Source: Callorhinchus milii (taxonomy: Eukaryota). Taken from it: a stretch of DNA of 64,000 nt. The stretch lies in assembly GCF_018977255.1 (NCBI RefSeq), contig NW_024704742.1, positions 32,242,001-32,306,000 on the forward strand, given 5' to 3'. Every line of letters starts with the position of its first letter. Position 1 is the stretch's first letter. Below, in pieces: positions 10,873-23,056 of this stretch. The notes under the pieces were generated by a model. It ran no database searches. It was not told the origin of the DNA and saw only the letters and a list, made by a program, of their open reading frames with translations. Both the position numbers and the translations under genes were made by a program.

Positions 10873-13424
10873 CATTACGCCGTTGTCTGAAGAAAGACCT
10901 CAGACGAATTGCTAAGGCCAGTGGAGGTAAGTGCAGCAATTTTTTTTACTAGGTTACTGTTTTGAATTATATATACTTTCAAACTAGTGATCCCCTGCCT
11001 TATTGGACTCCAGTTATCCGGAATTCCGACCTGGTTGGACGAGGCCCAAAACCAAAAACATTAATTTTATTCTGTGGGCCCAACTCCTAGCGCGGATCAA
11101 TGGTGCACTGAGTAGCCTCTGTCTGTGCTGACATTCATAGTGGCTAGTGATAGCCACTATGACTGACTCAGATTGTTTGAATCCAGCGAGCAGAAAATAG
11201 CTTATTCGCTATCTTCTTAGTCGAAAATTGATCTGATAACTCGTTCTGTAATATGGCATCTTGCATTACAAAGGCCTCCAGCCCGATGCTGTGATTGGTA
11301 GCGGAGGTTGGGTGCCTATGCTCAGATGCATTGCAGGGCTAAGCCGTGGCCTCCTACGCTGTCTTACATCTTATCGTGTGACAGGATAGGGCCAAAAGCC
11401 ACGGAGCAGCTGGGAGGACCTATATCAAACTCGCTACTCCGGATAACTTATTGCTCAGCTCTTTACCCTTGGAGTGACAAGCTATCGAGTTTAATGTCCA
11501 ATATTAATGTCATTCAATTTTGAAAGGTTGGCATTCGGAATCAGCTGGAATTTTCCTAGTGATTCTGACGTCCTCCCGACATGAAAGGCGCTATACAAAT
11601 GTAATTTTGTTGAAGTGTTAAAAGTACGTAAATCAGAAAAGGGTGTCTTGGACTGAGAAACCTATTCTGATGATTTTTACCTGTTTTTGTTTATAGCAAC
11701 TATCTGTTCAACACTTGCAAACTTGGAAGGAGATGAGAGTTTTGATCCCTCTTTAGTGGGCCAAGCTGAGGAGGTGGTTCAAGAAAGGATATGCGATGAT
11801 GAACTGATACTTGTTAAAAAGTAAGAAAAACATGTACAACTTACTGAACTCCCATTTATTTGCTGCCCTGCTAATATCTGTGGCATGAGCAGTTGTACGC
11901 TTGGGATAGAGAATATTCAGCCTTGTGTGACTGAAGACCTTGCTGATGTCTTCTCAGTAATGCATTAGCTGAACATAAAAAATTATCTCCAATGTATACA
12001 GTGTAGTATCTTGTAATGCTACTGTTAGTGTTGCAGAATTGAAAAAGATGTTGGGATTGTAATGGTGTTGAATTTTTTTGATATTGACTGCACAGATGCA
12101 GATTAAATTTGTTGTGCATATAAATATAATCCAAGCAGTTTCCTGATGAAAGTAGAACTGTCACATCTATTCCTGGTTTAAGTCGGCAATGAATATTGTT
12201 TTGCATAACAGTATATAAGCAATAGGTATTGTTCATTCAGGAGCAGTGCACACAAAGTTTGTGATTGAAAAAGGGATCTAGATTCTGATTTCTAAAAGTG
12301 AGGTATAAATTGATGCTGACATTTTAAAATGAGTTTAACCCAACCCTCACAAGTACTATTGTTGTAAAGTTTAATTTGTATTTTTCAGTACAAAGGCCCG
12401 TACTTCTGCATCAATCATTCTGCGAGGAGCAAATGATTTCATGTGTGATGAGATGGAGCGCTCCCTACATGATGCACTCTGTGTTGTGAAGAGAGTGCTT
12501 GAGTCCAAGTCTTTAGTTCCAGGAGGTGGGGCTGTGGAAGCTGCACTCTCCATCTACCTGGAAAACTATGCAACTAGTTTGGTATGGGTTTAATTGTATT
12601 TCAAGATTATTGGGGGAGGGCACTTTTACCGTATGCTTTGAGCTGATTAACCAGGGATTACTGTCCCTATTAATTTGCAGTATTAAAAATTATTTTAAGA
12701 AAATAAGTTAAAAGTACTTCATGTATTTAACTGTTGGTTGTCTTTTTGTTTAGGGATCACGTGAACAACTTGCCACTGCAGAATTTGCCCGGGCCATGTT
12801 GGTTATTCTGGCAGTGAATGAATGCTGCTCAGGATTCTACAGACCTTGTTGCAAAGTTGCGTGCCTTCCACAACGAAGCTCAGGTCAATCCTGATCGCAA
12901 AACTTTGAAATGGTAAAAATTTTATTGTACTGTGGTCTGCAAAAGATTGTGACTTGAGACCCATTGTTGTCTGAATCAGCGATGAAACTAAATTTGAACA
13001 TTGTTGCAATTCATGAGCAATCATTGATTTTTGGTGACCTGGTGCCCCAGATAGCAGTAAAGTGCAAAATTGATTTTCTCCATCTTGTTAAAGTAACTTT
13101 TATGGCTGAGTTGTCAGAATTCAATCGGAAATTATGAATGTTTTACTAATATTGTAGTGACTGGCTATTAAAACAGTGTTAATCAAATTCACATTTTGTT
13201 TGTGCAGGATTGGTCTTGATTTATTGAATGGGAAGCCAAGGGACAACAAACAAGCTGGTGTCTTTGAGCCTACTATGGTTAAAGTCAAGAGTCTGAAGTT
13301 TGCAACAGAAGCTGCTATAACCATCCTGCGAATTGATGATCTCATCAAACTTTACCCAGATGAAAAGCAAGACAAAGGAAAGAGTTACCAAGATGCAGTT
13401 CAAAGTGGAGAGCTTAATGGCTGA
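10872..13424 (+). pseudogene. TCP1: TCP1 (CCT-alpha) 5'-truncated copy, left arm; frameshifted
   Basis: Exons 10872-10926 (partial, ALRRCLKKDLRRIAKASG), 11697-11820, 12389-12581, 12754-12912, 13208-13424 (KSLKFATEAAITILRIDDLIKL), with GT-AG introns. The fourth piece is 159 bp versus 164 bp in the right copy (9-bp deletion plus 4-bp GAAT duplication), giving a frameshift. Confidence 0.93.
11848..11978 (+). ncRNA. SNORA20: H/ACA box snoRNA SNORA20 homologue in TCP1 intron 9 (left copy)
   Basis: CCCATTTATTTGCTGC...GAGCAGTTGTACGCTTGGGATA resembles human ACA20; two hairpins, H box AGAGAA at 11908-11913, ACA at 11973-11975 three nt from the end; TCP1 is the known host gene. Confidence 0.85.
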
Positions 13425-14543
13425 AGCACCTGAGTTCTAAAATCAGCTATTATAATTCATGTTTAACTCTTGGCATCCATCAGGTGCTTCTTGTACTTCT
13501 GTTCTAGATTGAGCAGCTTGTCATACTTGTCTGAAATTCAGTGCCACTTGTTTAGTGCTCTGTTTAATTTACTATGCTTGTTTAGTGCTATTTGGCACAA
13601 ACCGGATTTAAAAGACCTCTTACTTTGTTACCTATAGTCAACTCTTTCAAGTTATTTGTGCAAAATTATTTCCTGTACATTGACAGTTGTGCTTCAAGCT
13701 CCTTCAGAAATAAAATGTGACAGTTGTCAAGTGATCAGCCCATCTATGTAGGGAGCTGTTAAGAGACCACCTTAATTTCATGAATAAACGTTGATGTTGT
13801 GCTTCTGGTCTTTTCAAATCTAATTAATTGTGTATGTTATTTCATTGTGGACATGATTTCTCCCTCACACAAATTCACTGGGGAAAACATTCATTAAAAA
13901 TACTACTGGGGAAGGATGTAATAAGGCACTATATCAAATACAAGGATGATTATTATCTCCCCAAATAAGTAACCTCTCTGATTCTTGGTTGCTGATCTTA
14001 CCATGGGGAATGATAAAATGCTCAAAAGTATTAGGGAGCATTTGTAAATCAATTAAAGCAAAATTAAAATACAATGAATGTTCCCCTGCTTTCTCACATG
14101 TATTCAACCATCTTGCCCTTCTATAAATACTGGCACTTGATGTAATTTGAGAGTCAGTTTACAAGATTCAGCAATGGTACATTGAGCAATTTATTTCATA
14201 AAGAAAAAAATGGTCAATCTGAATTGAGAGATAATAGGAAGGAGTTTATGAATTTTAACAAAAGTATGGATTCCACATACACAATATTACTATGATTTCA
14301 AACTTCAGTACTTTTAATCAAATATTTAAAAGTTACACTAATTTTCAGAACCATTTTATGTGGACTGAAGTTTTGAATAGTTTTAAAACCTACCTACTTT
14401 ACACATTCATTATAAAAACAAAATGCACCTACATTTCATTGGAATCAGGCTGTAACCTCTAAAATAAAAGCTCAATTTTATCCAGTCAGTAGCTTAGCTG
14501 CAGAGTATCTTCAGTTCTTGTAGTAAAATTTAGGTGTAATTTA

Positions 14544-14711
<168 letters not shown>

Positions 14712-15109
14712 CTAGAAAGACAAACACAAAAAATGCATTTTTTTTAAAAAAGAGGGAAAACCTTTTCCCTAATTTTCTCCTTACTCCACTGGCCTGCTTC
14801 AGGTCCCCTGCCTATCCTACCATCAGCAGTCAGGCTTTCAGCCTATCTGCTCTCACTTTGTGGAACTCCAACGAGAGCCCTATCACCTCAACTCTCCCTT
14901 ACCTCCTTCAAGGTCCTCAAAACCTTCCTCTGACCGGTCATCTTCCTGGCCCCCATCCCTCCCGAATCCAACCCCAGCTTGGATGCAAACCCTCGACTGC
15001 AGTGGCTTGGGACATCCTCCCGACATGAAAGGCGCTTTATAAATGCAATTTGTTGTTTTATTACATCCCACATTGACCCATTGGGTGAATCAGGAAGTAA
15101 AAAGGATCA

Positions 15110-15265
<156 letters not shown>

Positions 15266-17751
15266 CTAGAATAAATAGTAAATCTAAGTCATTACCCTTG
15301 AATCTGAAGATGAGGGAATGCACAGTGGGTGAATCATTGGTTGAAAAGAAAACAATCTACTTGACCCTACTTCAGGGGGACACAATTTGACCGCTCCTCA
15401 GTCAATGATATCAGCCATGTGAGGAGTGACCGAGCAGACCTTTTCCAAATGGGAAAGGGAGATACCTGGAGTTGAGCCATGACCCCAGTCTCGTCTCCTG
15501 CAGGTGCTTAAAAAACAATAGCAGAGTCCTGGGGGCAGAATAGCTGCCAATTCTCTCACTTGCAGGATAGCCCATTCCCAAAACAGGACACACCATATAA
15601 AAGTAGAGTTGTGCTAATAAATCAACATGTCTGAGTCTGGTTAAGGCTCACGTTCTCAGCTGCATCGAGAGGACGAGAAAAGTAATTCGGGAAACGTTCT
15701 GTAGCTTCAAACCTTTATACAAATATGTGCATGGCCAAGAGACCGTAGCTATGCATAATGATGGCTATCAAGTAACATGCTACTTTACATTTACGTCCGT
15801 TCTATGAGCTTGCACAGCTTTGGTTCACACATTCACACCCTCCAAGGTGGTTTTAGGATAACACACACCTTCCTGGCTTCTGTTAGGCCAGTCATCACAG
15901 TGTAAAAGTACTGCCCTCGGGTGACTTTGCTTATCTGTCACCACAGAGGATAATTTTAAAGATATATTGTTGCTCTAAAAAGGTTAAAAGCTTGAGCTTC
16001 CAAGGAATTCAACCACAGAATCTTTTGGTCTTAAGTTGGCTGAGCCATGTAGGATGCCTGGGTCTCCACCAAGAATAGTATGTTTCTATTCGCGAGGATG
16101 TTTAAAGTGCTTCACAACTATGAAGTGTGTAGTGACTGTGTATTTTGTAGGAGCATCTTTAGTCAACAGTCATGTTCCCTTTACAGTTCAGAACAGAATT
16201 AACCTCCTCCATATTTTGAACTTCAGAAAGGATTCAGGTTTGTTCCAGTAAATTTGTTCACATTTTTCCAATCATCGATGAGCACCTCCACAGCTGAGGT
16301 AGTTAATACACGACTGTGTCTTGGAGGCTGGGAACAGGCACTTTGGATTGCAATCTGAGCTCAAACACATTTTGCCCATTATTTCAGTATCTAATTTTAA
16401 GAAATGGTTACAATACATGATTAAATAGAAACAAAAAGAACATTTTCTATTCAAATGACGCCCCCCATTTTTAATCAGAACAATACTATCTTATAAATTT
16501 ATCAAACCCTGCATATAGATTGCTCCATTCCCAAGCTGCTCTCTTTGAGCACTTGGTTGACAAAGGCACTGCCTGGCGTTGAACTGAGACTTGGAAGACC
16601 CAGATTTGTGCCAGGTTACCTGGTCTCAGCTTGGCAGCAGATGGGATGTTACAATTAGTTTGTATAAGTAGGAGGAAAAATACAGCCAGTGTTCCCACTT
16701 CTTATCACATTCAATGGTCCTGGCTGGAAGGTGCTTGTGTGTGGACAGGAAGAGACTTGTCTGTGATATTCCATCTCCTCTCATGGTCAAACAGCCCAGT
16801 GACCCTTTACCACTCGGATTCACACATGAAGTACGGCCACTTTAATGAGATACTGGAGGGCAGCTGGTAGCCTTAGAACTAAACACCACAGATCCTCAGA
16901 GAGGTTAGAAAACAGAGGGAAATGCAATTAATTTCCAGTTCTTAAATGCAAACCTTGTATTTATTCAGTGACAGTTCTTACCTGTTACACCCACGTGGTA
17001 GTTATAAAAGGCGTCCATTAGGCCATCACACAGAATGGTATCCTGAAGGAACATATCTCCTACTTTGACCCCAACTCGCATTGGAACCACATGTGGAGCC
17101 TGTGATTAAAAGAAGCAGGTTTTAGCTAAGTGTACTTGCTGTGTACTGGGACTCCACATGCAACAAGATCTGGCTGGAGAAAAGGAAGAACTTGCATTTG
17201 TATAATGCCTTATTTTGTGGACCACTGGCACCAGTATCGGTGAAAGAGGGAGCTCTTCCATCAGGATGTCATTGAACATATTCAAGACTGAGATTGATTT
17301 TGAAAAACTAAAGGGATTAAGGGATATGAGGATAGGGCGGGTAACTGGAATTAGGTTAGAAGATCAGCCATGGTCTTATTAAATGGCGGGGCAGGCTTGA
17401 GGGGCCGAATAGCCTACTCCTGCTCCTATTTCTTATGTTTTTAATGTTGACAAGACAAAGGCTTCCCTGCTTGGCTCCCGTCAGCATCTCCGCACTTCAG
17501 GCATTGGCTCACGTCAGCTCACGGAGACAGTACAGAATATCAAATCAACCATTTATTCAAACCTCATCTTCAACCTTTCATCTGTGGGGTCTGATCAAGT
17601 TGACGTTCTTCCATCTTCACAACACTGACTGCCAACTTCAGCCACAGCCCCCCTTTCCCCACCCCCAGCCACCCTTAACAGCATCTTTTGCCCTATTATT
17701 ATGATTATTATTTATTATTATTATTTCTCAAATCCCTCAACCTATCTCCCC

Positions 17752-17999
17752 GGCAGGGGCTGGTGGGGGGGGGGCAGGGGCAGGGAGGGGGGGTAGGGGG
17801 CTGCAGGGAAGGGGAAGGGGCTGGGGGGCAGGGGGCGCAGGGGGGGGGCAGGGGGTGCAGGGCGTGGTCAGGGGCTGGGGGTGGGCAGGTGCAAGGGGGG
17901 GCAGGGGGCTGGGGGGGGCAGGGGGCTGGGGGGGCAGGGGGCTGGGGGGGCAGGGGGTGCAGGAGGGGGCAGGGGCCTGGGGGGGGGGGGGGGGGGGGC
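17752..17999. repeat. G-rich GGGGCAGGGGGCT repeat (mirror 25728-26084)
   Basis: Many G3+ runs; length differs between arms. Confidence 0.9.
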
Positions 18000-18106
18000 G
18001 CTGTGGTGATGGTAATAGTGATGGTGAAGGCACAAACAGCTTCAATTATCCTTCAGCTGTTTGCAGGAAATCCGCCTCCAGAGCAGCGCCTCTACACACA
18101 CACACA

Positions 18107-18315
18107 CCCCCAGTGTCCGGGGGTCAACCCCAGTGTCCGGGGGTCCCCCCCAGTGTCCGGGGGTCCCCCCCAGTGTCCGGGGGTCCCCCCCAGTGTCCGG
18201 GGGTCCCCCCCCAGTGTCCGGGGGTCCCCCCCCAGTGTCCGGGGGTCCCCCCCCAGTGTCCGGGGGTCCCCCCCCAGTGTCCGGGGGTCCCCCCCAGTGT
18301 CCGGGGGTCCCCCCC
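18107..18315. repeat. 20-21 bp minisatellite CCCCAGTGTCCGGGGGT(CC/CAA) in ACAT2 intron 1 (mirror 25374-25621)
   Basis: Directly visible; unit number and variant order differ between arms. Confidence 0.92.
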
Positions 18316-18450
18316 GCTGTCGGGCTGTGGCGCTGCTCTCTCTGTGTTACCTATTGGGGTTCGCGCTGCGGACAGGAGGCGGGGGGGGGGGGGGGGCACC
18401 AGGCAATCCGCCCCGCCCCGCCCGCCCTCCCTGCCAGTCACCCCACCCCT

Positions 18451-18468
18451 GGGCCGGTCCCTGCAAGG
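18451..18468 (+). repeat. Single junction unit between ACAT2 promoter and L2 fragment
   Basis: gggccggtccctgcaagg; mirrored at 25184-25201. Confidence 0.85.
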
Positions 18469-18469
18469 A

Positions 18470-20592
18470 AAAAATTTCCCCACCACTCTCGCCCCCCACC
18501 CCCCATCCCGCTCGGCTGCTTTGGAGTCATCTGAACTTCTTCCCCTCTTGGCTTCCTCCCACAATGACCTATCCTCCTCGGTCACTGTTCTCCACAGCTC
18601 CCTCTCCTCCACTTTCGATTCCCCTACTCCCCTCTCTTCCCGAACCATCTCCTATTCAGATAAGTCACCATGGTACACCAGCCACCTCCACTTCTTGAAG
18701 ACAAGTGCATGCCGCTGAGAGCACCGGGCTTAACTCAAACTTAATGATCCATCAGCAGATCTGGCTGGAACTTTTCAAATCCTACCACCTCGCTCTCGCC
18801 CCCTCTAATTCATCTTTCTACTCCAAGACAATCTTGGAGGCTAAGGGCAACCCCAGGCTCCTCGTCTCCATCACCAACCAGCTCATCCGTCCACCCTCTC
18901 ATGCCTCACCCATCCTCACCTCAATGCCAACTGTGAGGCGATGTTGGACTTCCTCAAATCCAAGGTTGATGGGATCCACCCAGCTGCCTTTGCCCTTCCT
19001 TCTGCTACCCCCATCCACATCTCCCCCTCCCGCCCCGGCCCCTACCCATCCCTCCCTCCACACCTTTGAACCTGTCTCCCACTCCTCTCTCATCGCCACT
19101 ATAACCACCATGAAACCGACCACCTGCTCCCTCGACCCCATCCCTACCCCTCTCCTTCCCTCCCAGCTACATCTTCTTGCCCCTCTACTCACAGACATCA
19201 TAAGCCTCTCCCTGTCCACTGGTACTGTTCCCACCCCATTCAAAACCGTCGTCATGACTCCTATCCTCAAAAACCATCCCTGGACCCATCTGTGTTCTCA
19301 AACTACCGCCCCAAACTCCTTTTCCTCTTCAGTATCCAGGAATGAGTTGTTGCTTCCCAGCTTCTATCCGTCCTCTCCCGCCACTCTATTCACGAGCCAC
19401 TCAAATTAGTTTTCTATGCAGCCCACAGCACAGAAACAGCCCTGGTCAAAGTGACAAATAACATTCTGTCCATCTGCGTCCAAGGCTCCTTCTGCCCCTC
19501 GTCCTTCTTGATCTCTCTGCTGCCTTCAACACCGTTGACCACTCTATCCTCATCCACCACCTCTCCTCTCACCTCAACCTTCATGGCTCTGTCCTTGACT
19601 GGTTCAGATCGTACCTCTCACACTGCCTCCACTTCATCTCCACAAACGGTTTCGCCTCTAGCCCCTGCACCGTCTCGTGCGAGGTTTCTCAGGGCTCTGT
19701 CCTTGGTCCCCTCCTCTTCAATATCCATATGCTCCCTCTTGGTGACATCATCCACAGACATGGGATCAATTTCCACATTTATGCAGATGACACCCAACTC
19801 TACCTCTCTGCCTCCACCCTTGACTCCAGGACCACTGCTTTCCTGACAGAATGTCTGGATGAGAGCTAACTTTCTTCAGTTGAATGTCTCCTGATTGGCA
19901 CCTCAGGCTCTGACAGCATCACCATCCATGGTTGCACATTCCACCTTACTAAGCCAGGCCGGAACTTTGATGTCTTGTTTGACCCTCAACTATCCTTTCT
20001 ACCCCACATCTGTGCCATGACCCTCTCTGCCTTCCCCCACCTCCGCAACATCGGCCAACTTCATCACTGTCTCACACTGTCTAACTCCTTGCTTGTCGGC
20101 CTCTAACTCTGCAGCCTGTGTCCGCTCCTGCATTAAGCTCCGTGACCCTATCATCCCCGACTCCACTGGCTTCCCATCACACAGAGGATACAGTTCAAGA
20201 TCCTGGTCCTCACCTTCAAAGCCATCCATGGTCTTGCTCCCCTACCTCTGTGACTTCCTAACCCCCTACCATCCTGCCCGCTCCCTCTGTTTAGCGGGCT
20301 CTGGCCGCTTCACATCCCCCACCTCATGCGCCCCACCATTGGCGGGTGATTCTTCTGCTACTCTGGAACTCCACCCCGCAATCCCTCCACCTTGCCAAAT
20401 CCCTTGCCTCCTTCAAGACACATCTCAAGACCCTCCTCTTCGACCTTGCTTTCAATCACCATGCTTCGCCCCCGCCCTCCATCCTCCCCAATCCCGACCT
20501 CCAGCTCGGGTCCGAAACTCTGACTGTCCAACGCCTTGGAGTGTCCTCCTGACGTGAAAGGCACTATACAAATGTAATTTTGTTGTTGTTGT
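18470..20592 (+). mobile_element. L2-clade LINE ORF2 remnant with 3' tail (mirror 23057-25183, minus)
   Basis: TCSLDPIPT, LLDLSAAFNTVDH, SQGSVLGPLLF and YADDTQLY reverse-transcriptase motifs; frameshifted; (GTT)n tail. Confidence 0.9.
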
Positions 20593-20617
20593 TACCTCCA
20601 AAATCCTGGACTACCCT

Positions 20618-21345
20618 ACAACAACAACAAAAACAAAATTACATGTATAGAGTGCCTTTCATGTTGGGAGGACGTCCCAAGGTGCTGGGCAGTCAGGGGT
20701 CAGGACCTGAGCATGGGGTGAGGGAAGGCAGAGAGGTGGGAGGGCGACCGAAGGCACGTTTGAAGAGGAGGGTCTTGAGACCGGCCTGAAGGAGGCAAGG
20801 GAGGAAGCGAGGTGAAGGAACCGTGGGATGGTGTTCTAGAGTGTGGGGGCAGAGAGGCTTAAAACCCGGCCACCGATGGTAGGGCAGGTCGGGTGGGAGA
20901 CATGGAGCAGGCCAGAACCTGCTGAGCGGAGGAGCGGGCAGGTTGGTAGGGAGTCAGCAGGTCAGAGAGGTAGGAGGGGGCAAGGCCATGGATGGCCTTG
21001 AAAGTGAGGTCAAGGATCTTGAACTCGATCCTCTGAGGGATGGGGAGCCAGTGGAGTCGAGCGAGGGTGGGAGTGATGGGGTCATGGAGCCTGGTGCGTG
21101 AGAGTACACGCATTTTGGATGATCTGCAGCTTGTGAAGGGAAGAGTTGGGAAGGCCGATGAGGAGGGAGTTCCCATAATCGAGCCTTGATGTGATGAATG
21201 CATGGATAAGGATTTAGACAGCCTGAGGGGTGAGGCAGTGGCGGAGTCTGGCAATGTTGCAGAGGTGGTGGTAGGCAGTGGATGTGGGGGAGAAAGGACA
21301 GTTCACGGTCAAACAAGACACCCAGGTTCCTGATTGTCATAGTGA
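20618..21345 (-). mobile_element. L2 3' fragment, tail-to-tail with the previous element
   Basis: RNLGVLFD, HITP-like LARLHWLPIPQRIEFKI; mirror at 22307-23033 (+). Confidence 0.88.
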
Positions 21346-21445
21346 GGTTACCCTAGAACTTCATCCTTCTCACTTTAACTTCTGTGGGAAAGCTTTTTGA
21401 CAAGTAGAAAGAAAAAAAATATATAGATTCAAGGACCATTGCAAT

Positions 21446-21493
21446 TGCAAGTCCTTGCAAGGGCCGGTCCTTGCAAGGGCCGGTCCCTGCAAG
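21446..21493 (+). repeat. Junction tract at inner end of left arm
   Basis: tgcaagtccttgcaagggccggtccttgcaagggccggtccctgcaag, immediately after arm homology ends. Confidence 0.9.
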
Positions 21494-22306
21494 CTGCCTG
21501 TTGTTGACTATTCTTCCAACATTCGCTACCCAGGTTCGTACATGAATAATGACCACTTTATGAGTGTAGGTGAGAGAATTGGAGAAGAAAAGTTGCCATA
21601 GAAATAAAAATGAGCAACCCAGTTGTTCTAATTTCTCTAATTTAAAATCTGTAATTTAATGAAACACAGGAGATAAATCCTTTTCTCTCTCTCTCCTTCC
21701 CAAATGGAGTTCTAATGCTGTGAGTGCTCCATCTAGTGTATTATTCAAGAATTTAGCACAAGGTTGCTTTCAAAGAAGATAAAATACAATAGTTGAGGTT
21801 CACATGTTAGTCCCACCTTGAAGCTGTAAGATAAACGCAAAATGTGCAATTAGCAAACAGAGGTGGTGAGCACTTACTGTTTGATTTACCAGCTCAAACA
21901 TTTACACTTTTCTTTTTGTCAAGAAATCCCGATTTTAATCATATCCTGATCTATACAATGAATTTGCATTCAGGAAAATCTTCATTTTAAGCTTCTAACT
22001 GAGTCACCCCAATGACTTAATGAGTTTAACTAGTGAGTACCTGAGTAGTGCAAACTAACAATCGACCAAAACTCGACCATTATATTAAAATTTAAGATGT
22101 GCAGAATTTTGAACACATTTTAAATTCAGTATTGGAAGCTAGTTTTTCACAAGATTTAAGTCAGAATATTAGGATTTTCCAAAATTCGGGACAATCTTAA
22201 GTTGCAGGACAATGGTCCTTGAATCTATATATTTTTTTCCTTTCTACTTGTCAAAAAGCTTTCCCACAGAAGTTAAAGTGAGAAGGATGAAGTCCTAGGG
22301 TAACCT

Positions 22307-23033
22307 CACTATGACAATCAGGAACCTGGGTGTCTTGTTTGACCGTGAACTGTCCTTTCTCCCCCACATCCACTGCCTACCACCACCTCTGCAACATTGC
22401 CAGACTCCGCCACTGCCTCACCCCTCAGGCTGTCTAAATCCTTATCCATGCATTCATCACATCAAGGCTCGATTATGGGAACTCCCTCCTCATCGGCCTT
22501 CCCAACTCTTCCCTTCACAAGCTGCAGATCATCCAAAATGCGTGTACTCTCACGCACCAGGCTCCATGACCCCATCACTCCCACCCTCGCTCGACTCCAC
22601 TGGCTCCCCATCCCTCAGAGGATCGAGTTCAAGATCCTTGACCTCACTTTCAAGGCCATCCATGGCCTTGCCCCCTCCTACCTCTCTGACCTGCTGACTC
22701 CCTACCAACCTGCCCACTCCTCCGCTCAGCAGGTTCTGGCCTGCTCCATGTCTCCCACCCGACCTGCCCTACCATCGGTGGCCGGGTTTTAAGCCTCTCT
22801 GCCCCCACACTCTAGAACACCATCCCACGGTTCCTTCACCTCGCTTCCTCCCTTGCCTCCTTCAGGCCGGTCTCAAGACCCTCCTCTTCAAACGTGCCTT
22901 CGGTCGCCCTCCCACCTCTCTGCCTTCCCTCACCCCATGCTCAGGTCCTGACCCCTGACTGCCCAGCACCTTGGGACGTCCTCCCAACATGAAAGGCACT
23001 CTATACATGTAATTTTGTTTTTGTTGTTGTTGT
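22307..23033 (+). mobile_element. L2 3' fragment (right-arm copy)
   Basis: Same peptides as 20618-21345. Confidence 0.88.
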
Positions 23034-23056
23034 AGGGTAGTCCAGGATTTTGGAGG

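Noticed and set aside
11011..11447. 11-bp inverted repeat AGTTATCCGGA/TCCGGATAACT in TCP1 intron 8
   Set aside because: Probably a decayed Tigger-like DNA transposon; too degraded to delimit.
12913..13207. Second snoRNA (SNORA29) in TCP1 intron 11
   Set aside because: No convincing box/hairpin match that I could verify by eye.
17688..18718. Gly/Pro-rich collagen-like ORFs (and mirrors 24935-26231)
   Set aside because: Derived from G-rich tracts and a 20-21 bp minisatellite; no consistent Gly-X-Y frame.
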